Assembly: GCA_023137195.1 (NCBI GenBank)
Contig: JAGLPV010000021.1
Span: 1 to 50,822 of the forward strand
Direction of reading: 5' to 3'
Origin: Candidatus Aenigmatarchaeota archaeon
GTDB lineage: Archaea > EX4484-52
DNA: 50,822 nt
Shown: positions 9,161 to 19,933 of the stretch, one piece after another
Numbering within the stretch: the stretch's first letter is position 1
How the letters are laid out: the number at the start of each line of letters is the position of its first letter
Program-made: the position numbers and the translations under genes
Notes under the pieces: model-generated
Seen by the model: only the letters and a program-made list of their open reading frames with translations
Told to the model about the DNA's origin: nothing
Database searches by the model: none

Positions 9161-9616
9161 ATGGAACAAGAAAAAACACTCGTTATATTAAAACCAGATG
9201 CAGTTCAAAGAGGCTTTATAAGTAAAATCCTGGGCAGATTCGAAGAAAAAGGAATCAAAATAGTAGCTTTAAAGATGCTTTTTGTTGAAAAAGACAGGGC
9301 GCACAAACATTACGCAGACCACAAAGAAAAACCTTTCTTTAGCGGATTAGTAGACTTTATCACTTCCGGACCGGTATGCGTAATTGCTCTTGAAGGAGAA
9401 GATGTAATAGAAGTCACAAGAAACATGGTAGGTGCAACAGACCCAAAAAAAGCCCAGCCAGGAACAATAAGACATGATTTCGGCATGCACATCGGAAGAA
9501 ATCTAATCCACGCATCAGACTCTCCCGAATCAGCAAAAAAAGAACTCGACATCTTCTTCAAGAAAGAAGAAATTGTAGAGTGGGAGCACAACCAATACAC
9601 CTGGGTCTATGAATGA
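9161..9616 (+). CDS. ndk: nucleoside-diphosphate kinase
   Basis: LKPDAVQRG, PGTIRHDFG, NLIHASDS (catalytic His). Confidence 0.98.
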   Translation: MEQEKTLVILKPDAVQRGFISKILGRFEEKGIKIVALKMLFVEKDRAHKHYADHKEKPFFSGLVDFITSGPVCVIALEGEDVIEVTRNMVGATDPKKAQPGTIRHDFGMHIGRNLIHASDSPESAKKELDIFFKKEEIVEWEHNQYTWVYE

Positions 9617-10181
9617 CCCAAAAACTTTGCGTCTCTTCATCGCCCTTGACTTCCCAAAACAAATCTGCTCAAAATTATTCTATCTGCAGGACAAAATAAC
9701 CCCGGATATCGCCAAAATAAAATGGGTAGAAGAAGAGAATTTCCACATCACTCTAAAGTTCTTAGGCGACGTTAATGAGGACAAAATACCCCAAATAAAA
9801 GAAAAATTATCTTTAATCAAATTCAAAGACTTCTCATCATCAATAAACCAATCCGGCATCTTCCCTTCCAACAATTACATCAAAGTAATCTGGCTTGGGC
9901 TAATGCCATATGAAAAAATCTGCCTTTTGCATAACAAAATCGACAATTCCCTTCTAACTTTAGACTTCACCAAAGAAGACTCTTTCCAGTCCCATGCAAC
10001 TTTGGGAAGAGTAAAATATGTCCACAAAAAAGAGTTGCTGATAGAAAAAATAAGGAAAATAGAAGAACTTATCCTGGGAGAAATATTCACCATCTCCTCT
10101 TTTTCCTTGAAAAAAAGCACACTAACAAAAAAAGGTCCTGTATACAAAGACATCGCAATATTCAACAGTAAAAGCCAATAA
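9609..10181 (+). CDS. thpR: RNA 2',3'-cyclic phosphodiesterase (2H family, LigT/ThpR)
   Basis: RLFIALD, HITLKFLG, HATLGRVK, STLTKKGPVY. Confidence 0.93.
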   Translation: MNDPKTLRLFIALDFPKQICSKLFYLQDKITPDIAKIKWVEEENFHITLKFLGDVNEDKIPQIKEKLSLIKFKDFSSSINQSGIFPSNNYIKVIWLGLMPYEKICLLHNKIDNSLLTLDFTKEDSFQSHATLGRVKYVHKKELLIEKIRKIEELILGEIFTISSFSLKKSTLTKKGPVYKDIAIFNSKSQ

Positions 10182-10228
10182 ACTTAATTCTGCCATAATA
10201 TTTTTATAATTACTCGTAAAAGATATAT

Positions 10229-11440
10229 ATGTTTGATTTTTTCAAGAAAAAGATAAAGGAAACCTTCGATAAGACATTCAGGAAAGAGGAAAAAGAACCT
10301 GAAAAAGAAAGTATAAAAGAAAACCAAACTGAACCTGTCCTGGCACCTGAAACTATTCCGGAAAGCACAACAGAAAATATTGAAGAACAATCAAAGGAAC
10401 CTGAAATAAAAAGCACAACCCGAACCATTCCGGAACCCAAAATTATAAGCGAAAACCCACCGGAAAGCATAAATGAACCATCAAAGGAAAGTCCGACAGA
10501 AAGCCCAAAAGAACAGGCAAAGGAAAGTATCGCAAAAAGCGTAAAGGAAACCCTTAAAGAAACCTTCCTATCTGTAAAGAAAAAAGCAGTAGAAAAAGAG
10601 ATAACCCAAAAAGAACTGGATGCCTTTTTCTATGACATTGAGTTGGTTCTGTTAGAAAACAACGCGTCCTATGGTGCAACAAACCAGATTATAGAAAGCG
10701 CAAAAAAAGAACTTGTAGGAACCAAAGCAGACAGATTTAAATTAAAACAAGCCTTGGAAACCTCAATAAAGAACAGCATCTTTGATATTTTAAACCAGGA
10801 AAAAATTGACTTAATAGAAAAAATAAAAGAAGTAAACCAAAACGGAGAACCATGCGTAATCGTATTCCTGGGATTCAATGGCGCAGGAAAAACCACGAAT
10901 CTGGCAAAATTAGGCTCCTTGCTAAAAGAAAACGACCTAAAATGCGTTTTTGCCGCCGGAGACACCTTCAGAGCAGCAGCAATAGAACAATTAAAAAAAC
11001 ACGCCGAAATACTCAATATCCCTCTCATTTCCCACCAGTACGGTGCAGATTCTGCCGCAGTAATATTTGATGCAAAAAAATACGCCTCTGCCCACAATCT
11101 GGATGTAGTTCTATGCGACACAGCAGGACGTGTCCATACAGACAAAAACCTGATGGAAGAACTAAAGAAAATAAAAAGAGTAAACAACCCACATTTAATG
11201 ATTCTTGTAGCAGAATCCATCACCGGCTCAGACATAGAAAACCAGGTCGAGCAGTTCTGTAAAATTGGAATGGACGGCACAATACTGACAAAAACAGACA
11301 TAGACGGAAAAATCGGCTCTGCAATATCGGTGTGCTACATATCAAAAAAACCAATCTTGTATCTGTCATGCGGACAGAAATACAAAGACTTAAATGAATT
11401 TGATGCAAAAAAAGTCTTGGATAGTGTGTTTGAGGAATGA
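10229..11440 (+). CDS. ftsY: signal recognition particle receptor FtsY
   Basis: Acidic low-complexity A region; GFNGAGKTT, GDTFRAAAIEQL, DTAGR, TKTD, GQKYKDL. Confidence 0.96.
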   Translation: MFDFFKKKIKETFDKTFRKEEKEPEKESIKENQTEPVLAPETIPESTTENIEEQSKEPEIKSTTRTIPEPKIISENPPESINEPSKESPTESPKEQAKESIAKSVKETLKETFLSVKKKAVEKEITQKELDAFFYDIELVLLENNASYGATNQIIESAKKELVGTKADRFKLKQALETSIKNSIFDILNQEKIDLIEKIKEVNQNGEPCVIVFLGFNGAGKTTNLAKLGSLLKENDLKCVFAAGDTFRAAAIEQLKKHAEILNIPLISHQYGADSAAVIFDAKKYASAHNLDVVLCDTAGRVHTDKNLMEELKKIKRVNNPHLMILVAESITGSDIENQVEQFCKIGMDGTILTKTDIDGKIGSAISVCYISKKPILYLSCGQKYKDLNEFDAKKVLDSVFEE

Positions 11441-14400
11441 TTAAGTCTTCCCAACCTCCTTCTTAACTTCCTCTATTTCCACATTATTAACAGCAGACGA
11501 TTTCTTAATCTTCCAGAAAAGCAGAAGTATCACCAATATTGCCGCAACTATAATCCAATAATAAGCACTAGGTACCTTCAAACCAACCTTACTCCTCAAC
11601 TCAACAATCATCTGTGAAAACGCATAAGTATTCTGGTCTGCCCCTATAATAATACTCCCCCTACAGATATCCGCATCATTTGTCCTGACAGCAACAGAAA
11701 TAGAAAGACTCTCATTAACATCCAATGAAGGATACTCCGTCTGGTTCGTATCACTCTCAACAACAGACAGACAATCCAGTGCATCCAACTGCACACTAAT
11801 ATTTGTAAGATTCACCTCCCCTGTATTTTTCACCAGAATCGGTACTTTCGCAAGAGAATTCTTCTTCAATCTTATCCTTGAAGGAGACTCCATAATCTCA
11901 ACCCGTGCAAGCCGAAGAATCTTCAAAACCTGCAATTTGAAAAATCCGATACCTCCTTGCTCTTCACCAATCAAACCGCTTATAGGAACAACATAAAATC
12001 CAGGTTCAGTAGTTGTTGACGGCTGAACCATAACCGTCCTCAAGACACTTTCCCCAACATCCAACTTTTCAATATTTGAATCAGTATAAGCCCACCCTTC
12101 AAACTTCACTCCAACAATATCTATATTCTCAAGCATTTTCTCATCAATATTTGTTATATTCAATACGACCGGAACCGCACTCCCCTGGTAAGTAGACTGC
12201 GTAAAATTAAGCGGCTTAATCTCTAAAACAACCCTATATCCCATCTGTTTTTCTGACGGTGGTTTCGGAGGTAATGTCTCATCTGCCCTAACTTCCAACT
12301 TGTAATCTACCCCATTCGCAGAATATTCTTCAGGCGTTGGCTGTGGAGATTTTTGCGGTGTTGGTACAGGCTCTGGCTGAGGTACATACTCAATAACAGT
12401 AACATTCTTGTATAAAAAATCTTTTGACAAAAGAAACAATCCTGGATTGTAATTAGTCGACATCGACATATTAGAATACGCATACAACGGTACAACCCAG
12501 TCAGAAAAAGAACTTGAATTAAACACCAAATCAAGCGTAGCAGAATTCTTATCTGCCATTGAAGAAGAATAAGTTATCGAAAGCAAATTATTATTAATCC
12601 CTGCAGTTATATTTTTTTCTACAATATCACACATCCCTCCACCAGACGAGAACTGGCAATCAGAAACAGTAATATCATCAGGAACAGTAATATTAATCAA
12701 CACGGGTGACGGAATGGTATTATCTCCTGCAAGTGCCGAAAAAGACAAAGTTGCATTATTTACCTCATCTATCATAAAAGACCGGTTGTTATGACTCGCA
12801 TTTTCAGACACACTGAAATAATAATTCATTGATGAATTTTGCGTCAGATACAAAGTGTTTGCAAGCAAAGGATTGTGTATCTCATCAGTCTCTGTTGAAG
12901 TAAGCACATCCCTTATCTGATTCTGGTAATCCACAATCCCGTCAAATTCATAATATGAAACAGAAGAATAAGCATTCATATCTTGTGCAGGAGCAAAAAT
13001 ATATTCTATGGACACATAATTTCTCGGGTATAATGGTTTTGTAATATTAAACACAAGTGTATTATTGTCCCGCTTCTCGCACATGATTACAGGCAAAGAA
13101 TAAGTGCCGTTTGACTCATTATAAACAGTCCAGTTCACAACAGAGTTAGCAGGGCATTCAAAATAAAGAGGCTGACAATGTGTGCTTCCAACAGAACAAT
13201 AACTCTCGGTCCAGCTCTCTGTGTAGATTATATCTCTTGCCTCTGTAGCCCCTTTATTGTATAAAAACACACGATTTACAAAATACTCGCAGGTACCAAA
13301 TGTATTGTTGGAACTGCAAAGAGTCTTTTGCGGTATTGATTCCGGCATCTCCCGTATTATATTAATTTGAGGATTCAGTTGAAATGTCTCTGTTGGTTTC
13401 TTGACCAGGACAAAAAAGCCCGGGTTATAATCCCTGTTACTTTGAGGAACACTATTCATAGTATAATTCGACCGCACAATAAATCCACCTGATTCATGTG
13501 GTGAAACAACAACTTTCACATAATCACTGCTTGTTTTTGTTATATTTTTCTGCGCAATTATATCCACAGTATCTAAATCAACCAAAGTGCAGTTGACCAA
13601 TGAAGATGAAGTAGTGCATGAACTCACAACAAATCCATCAGGAAAATCTAAAGATACGCTCGAATCAGCAGGCAGACTTTCAAAAACAGAAGACAACTCC
13701 AGCTTAAAATAAGAACTCTTACCTGAAAATAAATACCTCTCCTTTTGCGTGGTCATGATATAAGTATCCACATCAAAATCAAATTCGCTTATATTTGATA
13801 GATACATATAATTGGAATAAAGAGGATTAAAATATCCATCTTCCTCTCCCGCAGGTCTCATTCCAGTCCCCTCTTCATTAATATACTGACCAATAGCAGA
13901 AAAAGAGTAATAATTGACATTATCATACAAACTCATATTTTTTGTCCCGTAAACCTTATACTCTGCAACTGCATATTCCTGTGGCTCAATGCTGTTATCA
14001 AAAGTAAATGTAATGACATTATTAGAAACTGAGCAATTATAATTATACTTGTAATTTTTTTCTTCCTCTGTCAGGCATTCAAGTCTGCGAATACTACAAT
14101 TTCCAACGCAATGTTCTGAAAGAGCATCATCAAGAGTTATATTATATGCACTTCTTGTCCCGAAATTATACAAAAACAACCTGTTCTTCACATAAATGCA
14201 ACGGTTATCATTAAACTGGCAGAAGAAATCCTGTGCCATTACTTCAGGCAATTCACGTACAATATAAAGAAAGGGATTGATTCCAAACTCTCTTTGTTTT
14301 TCTTTTGAAAGCAAAAAAATACCGGGTATGTTCTCTGTCGTATGATTGTTTATTGTATAATTCACCCCGATAAAATCTGCCTCTTCCTCGTAATTTGTCG

Positions 14401-17400
14401 CAGTAAATGTAAAATCATATGTTTGTTGATCTTGTTTTGGCAGTAACGAAGAAAAGGTTAATGTTTTATTGACACTATCCACAATGCATGAATCAAGAGG
14501 ATTTGCCGGGTTGCAGACATACAAATCCCACAAACTGTCGAAATAAAACACAACGCTTGCATTATCCACATTATCTCTCGCTTTTATCTGGACAGAAAAG
14601 TAGGTCACATTCCCTCTATCTGCAAGTCTCTGTTCTCCTGTTGTCAGTGCAATTGTATCAAAATAAAATTCAAAGGAAGCATTCTTTTTAAGATATATTT
14701 TATTTGCCTCTTCGGGGTTGAACTCCCCGTCATTTTCCCTGGAGGTAGGATATTGCGTCCCGGCAACATCCGTATAATCCATGTATGCATTGAACCAATA
14801 ATAATTTTCATTATTCTCATACATTGTTAAATTCAAAGCAGGTATATATTCATACCTCAATATCACATATCCTTTTGGCTCTATCATGGTATTTACCTCA
14901 AAATGAATATGCGACTTTTGAAGCCCTTCAATTGAATCAACAGAGCAATTATAATACGGGAGGTTCTCGATACACCTCGCGGCAACAGGATTGCATGAAG
15001 AAGTATTTGCACTGTCGCAATGGCTAAATGAAAAATCATCCAAAGATACATTTATCGCATCTTTATTTCCTCTGTTGTAAATGATTATTTTGTTTTCTGC
15101 CCACTGGCATGTCGCCCATGGATTGGAAGGGTCGCAATTATCTGTCTGGTTGATATGCTCTGCCATCTCCCTGATGATAACAAGATTAGGTGATGGAATA
15201 AAGTCCGGCTCTTCAATATAATTAGACTCCAGCTTCGTCAACAAAAATACCCCTCCAATATAATCCATATCTATATTGCCAAAACGATATGAAGCATTCA
15301 GCAAAAAGTCATTCACCTCGAGGGTGCTTACCTCTGCTGTTACAATAATTGTCTGGTTTGCATCAACTGCCTCTTTTCCCTCGCAAATTACTTGTGGATT
15401 TTCCGGGCTGTTGTCAAATTCACACGAACACAAAGGACCGCTGACATAATCTGCACTATATATAGTAAAAGAAGGAGGAAACAAAAGAGTAACATTCCAT
15501 GAACTTTCATTGCACTCATCCATCGCATTTGCCATAAAAGTCAATTTTCTTGTTGAGCCGATAGGAAAATCTCTCTCCTCTACAACCTTTGAATTCTCTT
15601 CAGAATAAGAACCAGAACCCACATCCACCCGATGTGCATCAAGCGCAAAATCAAAACCCGAACTTTTCACAAATCCAATATAAGATGCCCTGTCTGGGTT
15701 ATATAGTATGCTGTTCTCTATACTAAAAACAGATTTATTGTATTGTGTGTAATTTGCAATAGCCTGGAATTTAAACAATGAACCATTACCTGCATAAGTA
15801 GATGCTGTTTGAGGAGGACTCACATCATATTCTAAAACAACATAATCCTGGCTCTGCAGACGGTTTACATGAAAATCAACATTATCATCTGCATCAATCC
15901 CACAGGTATAATAATGAATATCATCGGCACCAACGGGAGAACTTACGCACGATTTTACCAGACTACAACCCCCTGCCTCGAAACTCGTGCATAAATCAAT
16001 ATAAGATACATCTTCTACATTGATGTCTGTTGCATATTCTCCTGAATTGAACAAAATCAATTTTACTCTAAATGTCTCGTTAAAAGTAGTCTCGGGCATT
16101 TCCCTTATTATTTTTATATTCTCTTCCTGCACAGCAGGATATGTTCTTCTTGAAAGAGTAAATATCCCCGGCATAAAATTGCTGTTTGCTGAAGAGTTGT
16201 CCTGTGTGTTGATTGAAAACATATATATTCCTGTGCTCGTCGCTTTTGCATCAAACCGTATGACTCTCTCTTCTGAATCGCTCAAATTCTTTGAAGTAAA
16301 CACGCAATTGATTATGCGGCTTATTGAATTATAACTGCATGTATTGTCTCCACCATAAACATTCAAGACACTAAGGACATCCATCCTTTCAGGGATAATA
16401 ATGCTCATCTGCTGCGGTGCAAGAGACATAGTGTCTGCTGTCTTTGCAATAAGAGATATCCGGAATGTTGTATTTTCCATCATAAGAAATTCTCTTTTCG
16501 TTGAATTCCCGTCTATTGAAATATTATAGTCAAATGATGGCTTATTTTTAAGATAAAGTATATTTGATCCAAAAGGATTATATGTCTCATCATTCTCATA
16601 AGTGCTATAATCATAATCCTGCTCATCCTTGTAATCACCGCTCATATAAAAATCATAATTGTTTATGCCCTCCGCCGTATAAAGGGATGTTTTGCTGGTC
16701 GGATGAAAAGAATATTTCAATAATACAAATGTCCCTGCCTCGATGCTGGTTATATTGTATTCTAATGTTGTTTTTGTCTGCGACGGGCTGTCTACTGTGC
16801 ACGAATAATCTCCATCAACACAATATGCACGAATGACAGAACAATTCTCATCACTGCATGAATGTGTTATTTCATCCTCCATAGTGACATTGACGGCACT
16901 CCTTGAACCGTCATTGTAGACAATCAATCTCATATCAACTCTCTCGCAGGAAGACCTGTTATTTAAACTACAGTTTTCCTTTTGTGGAATTGAATCAGGC
17001 ATTTCTCTGACAATTATCAAATGAGGAGCCATAGATGTCGTCTCACCATACAATGCATTGATAAACAATCCCGGGATATATTCATCAGATTGCATATTAT
17101 TCATGAAACTTGCATTTACATTAATCAAAAAACCGCCCTGTGCTACTGATCGGGCACTAAAATAAACAGGAAATATATGAGTCAGGTCATAGGTATCAGA
17201 CCAATATGTTATTTTATGCTCTGTGGGGGAGAAAGAACAATTAATATTGACCGAAAAAGTGCTGCATGAAGAAATAGTTATATTTTGCGGTAATGATAAA
17301 TCAATAGTCCACGGAGCAGTTAGTTCACCTTCGAACGGATCTATATTATATTTAAATATCGTTTGTCTTCCTGCACTGAATGTTCTTCTTTTATTGGGTA

Positions 17401-19906
17401 ATGCATCCCGGTTTGCATAAATATCGTAATTTGAAGATTTATTATGGGAAAGTAGAGATATTCTTGAATCCATTGTATTAAAGTGAATGTCGTCCTCCAA
17501 TGTAGTATTCATCTGGTAAAAATAATTGATATTATTTTCTATTTTCCACAAGCCATACTCTGAAGTTGCATCAAACTGATAATATGCCGTTGTATCTTCA
17601 TAATTTGCCTGTTCTGCCGTTGGATAAACATCATATTCTATTACAATATAACTTTTTGCTTCAATTTCTTCAGTTATATAAAAAGTAAGATTTCCGCCGT
17701 TGTTGATTATCTCGTGCGCGCATGTATATGACTCTGTGTTTGAGCAGTCTATCTTAACAGGACTGCATGTGGTTCCCCCCGTATAGCAAAAAGGATACAT
17801 TCCTTCATCAACAGCCCTGAAAAAGTCTGTAACATTTACTTCCTGGGCAGGTTTCCCACCGCGATTATATATTATTAACCTCACAGGCAAACTGTAGCAG
17901 GAACTGATATTTTCAAGACTGCAATTTGCTCTCTGGTCAACCTTTTGAGGCATTTCTCTTATTATTACAAGATTTGGCGCAGATTCCGGAGCTCCGATAG
18001 GTACCGGATTGGGAAATGGCACAAATTCTTTGTCTGTACCTTCTTCGTCAAGAATTGTAAAATTAATAGATAAATCCGCGTACTTGTTACAGATACAGTC
18101 ATCACCAGTATAACCTGGTCCTTTTTCTTCACAGACCGTTTCATTGTAATTTTCATAATTAGCCTGGGCAGTCGCAGTATAGTTGCCAGGATATAAATAA
18201 AATTTTGCAAGATACGCATAAAAATATTCATAATTATAACTCATAAATGCCGGCATATATATATTTGTTTTATTGTATTCACAAAAAAATGAATTGGCAT
18301 AATCATCCCAACAGCAATAGCTGACAATGTTTGTTGAATTGTCCCCTGTAATTGTAATGACTTCGTCCCCCGGAAGCAAAGGATTTTTCCTAAAATATAT
18401 ACAATTCTCTGTAATATTCACATTCACATTTCCGCAATTGGATGCTGTGCTTGTAAACAGCATCAACTGATATACAGAATAATCATAAGTAGGATCATAA
18501 CTCGGGTAATTCCAAAAAAGCTGAGTTTCATTTATATCTTCAGTGAATCCAAGGTACTCAAACCTTAGACAACAATAAGGCGGAACTTCCACGCTCACAT
18601 TGACCTCTTCTGATGCCCTGTAATCTGAAAAAGCCAGGTAAGTAGGATAAGCAAGATTGCCGCGCGAGTCATTTGCATTAATATAAAAATAGTGCCATCC
18701 TTCATTTTGAACAGTATATATCAGCGTGTAAAAATCAACTCCCGTTTTATTGAAAAAAACTTTTTCCTCCACAGGCGAAGTAATATTAATCCATGCTTCC
18801 TCAAAATCACCATGAAAATCACCAAGATTCATTGTTATTGTAACATTTTCTCCTATTGGAATGTTTACCCATTTCGGACGGATAGTAACATTATAAAACC
18901 ATGGTCTTGAAACAATAGTCTTAAATGTACTTGAATCTTGCGTTATTATCCCTTGAGTATCTTTTGCTTCAAAAGTAAAAGTATGTATTCCTCCTATCGT
19001 CGGATGATAAGTGTAGTAATAATAGTCACTTGTATTGGATGGCGTGTACTCTTGCCTTGTGCCGTTTGGAAGGTCAATGAATAATTTTACGTGCTCGTTC
19101 TCTCCAAACTCATTAACAATGGTTGCACTCATCGTTATATTTGGCTCTCCCATTGCCAATGGAAGATTTACATAAAAAAAAGAATCCTGATCATGAGTGA
19201 CATTGGTAATAACTGCATATGGTCTTATTGCAGTAAAATATCTTTTTTTCTGAAAGCATAACCCCAATACATTGCACTGTGTCTCGTGCGCAATAGTTCC
19301 TTTATCATCGCTTGCCCAAATATAATAAGAATAATTCGCATACTGGTCTGGTGTGTAGTTGACACCATATTGTCCTGTCGTCACATTGATTGCATTCATG
19401 GAAATATTTTCTTCCTCGCCAAAAGGAGTAAGTATTTCCACCCATACATTATTTATATTTAAGTCAGCATCTGTTACATTGGCATATATTTCTGTATCGT
19501 AGTCCTTCACCGCCGGGTCTGGGTCAACCCACGAATTCGTAATATTCGGGGAATCATCCATCGAATAAAAATAAAATGTATCTGAAACATCGCTATCCCC
19601 ATTATTGTTTCTTGCCCATAGATAAAAATGATAATATCCTGTTTCATTAGGCCAGTATGTAATATTGTAAATATCCCCTCCGACATTTTCTATATTGTAA
19701 GTCCCTGCCTCCGGACTGATAGTCACAAACAATGCCAAATCAATACTGCCTCCGACATCATCATAAATTGTCGAAGAAATAGTAATATTACTATTCTTAA
19801 ATGTTGAAGAAGGATAATTTACATTTGTAATGACAACAGCCGCAAAAACGACATTCACACAAAAAAACAAAAAAAACAATATTGCAAATACTGTATTTTT
19901 ATACAT
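11441..19906 (-). CDS. giant (2821 aa) membrane-anchored cell-surface glycoprotein / putative adhesin
   Basis: N-terminal signal peptide; several Ig-like units (YxYYIWAxD); six ~305-aa Cys-rich repeats; Pro-rich linker PQPEPVPTPQKSPQPTP; two CARDB/NEW3-like domains; C-terminal TM helix (YYWIIVAAILVILLLFW) with basic tail; many NxS/T sequons. Confidence 0.85.
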   Translation of the reverse strand: MYKNTVFAILFFLFFCVNVVFAAVVITNVNYPSSTFKNSNITISSTIYDDVGGSIDLALFVTISPEAGTYNIENVGGDIYNITYWPNETGYYHFYLWARNNNGDSDVSDTFYFYSMDDSPNITNSWVDPDPAVKDYDTEIYANVTDADLNINNVWVEILTPFGEEENISMNAINVTTGQYGVNYTPDQYANYSYYIWASDDKGTIAHETQCNVLGLCFQKKRYFTAIRPYAVITNVTHDQDSFFYVNLPLAMGEPNITMSATIVNEFGENEHVKLFIDLPNGTRQEYTPSNTSDYYYYTYHPTIGGIHTFTFEAKDTQGIITQDSSTFKTIVSRPWFYNVTIRPKWVNIPIGENVTITMNLGDFHGDFEEAWINITSPVEEKVFFNKTGVDFYTLIYTVQNEGWHYFYINANDSRGNLAYPTYLAFSDYRASEEVNVSVEVPPYCCLRFEYLGFTEDINETQLFWNYPSYDPTYDYSVYQLMLFTSTASNCGNVNVNITENCIYFRKNPLLPGDEVITITGDNSTNIVSYCCWDDYANSFFCEYNKTNIYMPAFMSYNYEYFYAYLAKFYLYPGNYTATAQANYENYNETVCEEKGPGYTGDDCICNKYADLSINFTILDEEGTDKEFVPFPNPVPIGAPESAPNLVIIREMPQKVDQRANCSLENISSCYSLPVRLIIYNRGGKPAQEVNVTDFFRAVDEGMYPFCYTGGTTCSPVKIDCSNTESYTCAHEIINNGGNLTFYITEEIEAKSYIVIEYDVYPTAEQANYEDTTAYYQFDATSEYGLWKIENNINYFYQMNTTLEDDIHFNTMDSRISLLSHNKSSNYDIYANRDALPNKRRTFSAGRQTIFKYNIDPFEGELTAPWTIDLSLPQNITISSCSTFSVNINCSFSPTEHKITYWSDTYDLTHIFPVYFSARSVAQGGFLINVNASFMNNMQSDEYIPGLFINALYGETTSMAPHLIIVREMPDSIPQKENCSLNNRSSCERVDMRLIVYNDGSRSAVNVTMEDEITHSCSDENCSVIRAYCVDGDYSCTVDSPSQTKTTLEYNITSIEAGTFVLLKYSFHPTSKTSLYTAEGINNYDFYMSGDYKDEQDYDYSTYENDETYNPFGSNILYLKNKPSFDYNISIDGNSTKREFLMMENTTFRISLIAKTADTMSLAPQQMSIIIPERMDVLSVLNVYGGDNTCSYNSISRIINCVFTSKNLSDSEERVIRFDAKATSTGIYMFSINTQDNSSANSNFMPGIFTLSRRTYPAVQEENIKIIREMPETTFNETFRVKLILFNSGEYATDINVEDVSYIDLCTSFEAGGCSLVKSCVSSPVGADDIHYYTCGIDADDNVDFHVNRLQSQDYVVLEYDVSPPQTASTYAGNGSLFKFQAIANYTQYNKSVFSIENSILYNPDRASYIGFVKSSGFDFALDAHRVDVGSGSYSEENSKVVEERDFPIGSTRKLTFMANAMDECNESSWNVTLLFPPSFTIYSADYVSGPLCSCEFDNSPENPQVICEGKEAVDANQTIIVTAEVSTLEVNDFLLNASYRFGNIDMDYIGGVFLLTKLESNYIEEPDFIPSPNLVIIREMAEHINQTDNCDPSNPWATCQWAENKIIIYNRGNKDAINVSLDDFSFSHCDSANTSSCNPVAARCIENLPYYNCSVDSIEGLQKSHIHFEVNTMIEPKGYVILRYEYIPALNLTMYENNENYYWFNAYMDYTDVAGTQYPTSRENDGEFNPEEANKIYLKKNASFEFYFDTIALTTGEQRLADRGNVTYFSVQIKARDNVDNASVVFYFDSLWDLYVCNPANPLDSCIVDSVNKTLTFSSLLPKQDQQTYDFTFTATNYEEEADFIGVNYTINNHTTENIPGIFLLSKEKQREFGINPFLYIVRELPEVMAQDFFCQFNDNRCIYVKNRLFLYNFGTRSAYNITLDDALSEHCVGNCSIRRLECLTEEEKNYKYNYNCSVSNNVITFTFDNSIEPQEYAVAEYKVYGTKNMSLYDNVNYYSFSAIGQYINEEGTGMRPAGEEDGYFNPLYSNYMYLSNISEFDFDVDTYIMTTQKERYLFSGKSSYFKLELSSVFESLPADSSVSLDFPDGFVVSSCTTSSSLVNCTLVDLDTVDIIAQKNITKTSSDYVKVVVSPHESGGFIVRSNYTMNSVPQSNRDYNPGFFVLVKKPTETFQLNPQINIIREMPESIPQKTLCSSNNTFGTCEYFVNRVFLYNKGATEARDIIYTESWTESYCSVGSTHCQPLYFECPANSVVNWTVYNESNGTYSLPVIMCEKRDNNTLVFNITKPLYPRNYVSIEYIFAPAQDMNAYSSVSYYEFDGIVDYQNQIRDVLTSTETDEIHNPLLANTLYLTQNSSMNYYFSVSENASHNNRSFMIDEVNNATLSFSALAGDNTIPSPVLINITVPDDITVSDCQFSSGGGMCDIVEKNITAGINNNLLSITYSSSMADKNSATLDLVFNSSSFSDWVVPLYAYSNMSMSTNYNPGLFLLSKDFLYKNVTVIEYVPQPEPVPTPQKSPQPTPEEYSANGVDYKLEVRADETLPPKPPSEKQMGYRVVLEIKPLNFTQSTYQGSAVPVVLNITNIDEKMLENIDIVGVKFEGWAYTDSNIEKLDVGESVLRTVMVQPSTTTEPGFYVVPISGLIGEEQGGIGFFKLQVLKILRLARVEIMESPSRIRLKKNSLAKVPILVKNTGEVNLTNISVQLDALDCLSVVESDTNQTEYPSLDVNESLSISVAVRTNDADICRGSIIIGADQNTYAFSQMIVELRSKVGLKVPSAYYWIIVAAILVILLLFWKIKKSSAVNNVEIEEVKKEVGKT
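12420..17980 (-). repeat. six diverged intragenic repeats of ~900-950 bp
   Basis: Each unit starts I(I/V)RE(M/L)(P/A) (near 17955, 17005, 16100, 15167, 14250, 13348), contains (Y/F)NxG..A and (F/Y/H)N(P/T), and ends (P/G)G(L/I/V/F)F. Confidence 0.85.
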
Positions 19907-19933
19907 ACAAATATAGGGCAGTTGAGTTTTTTA

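Noticed and set aside
10270-10570. Short aaggaaa-type repeats in ftsY
   Set aside because: Normal low-complexity acidic A domain of FtsY.
10669-11301. 210-aa minus-strand ORF and other short ORFs nested in large genes (e.g. 47239..47829, 20449..20979, 29108..29605)
   Set aside because: Antisense or alternate-frame shadows of well-supported genes.
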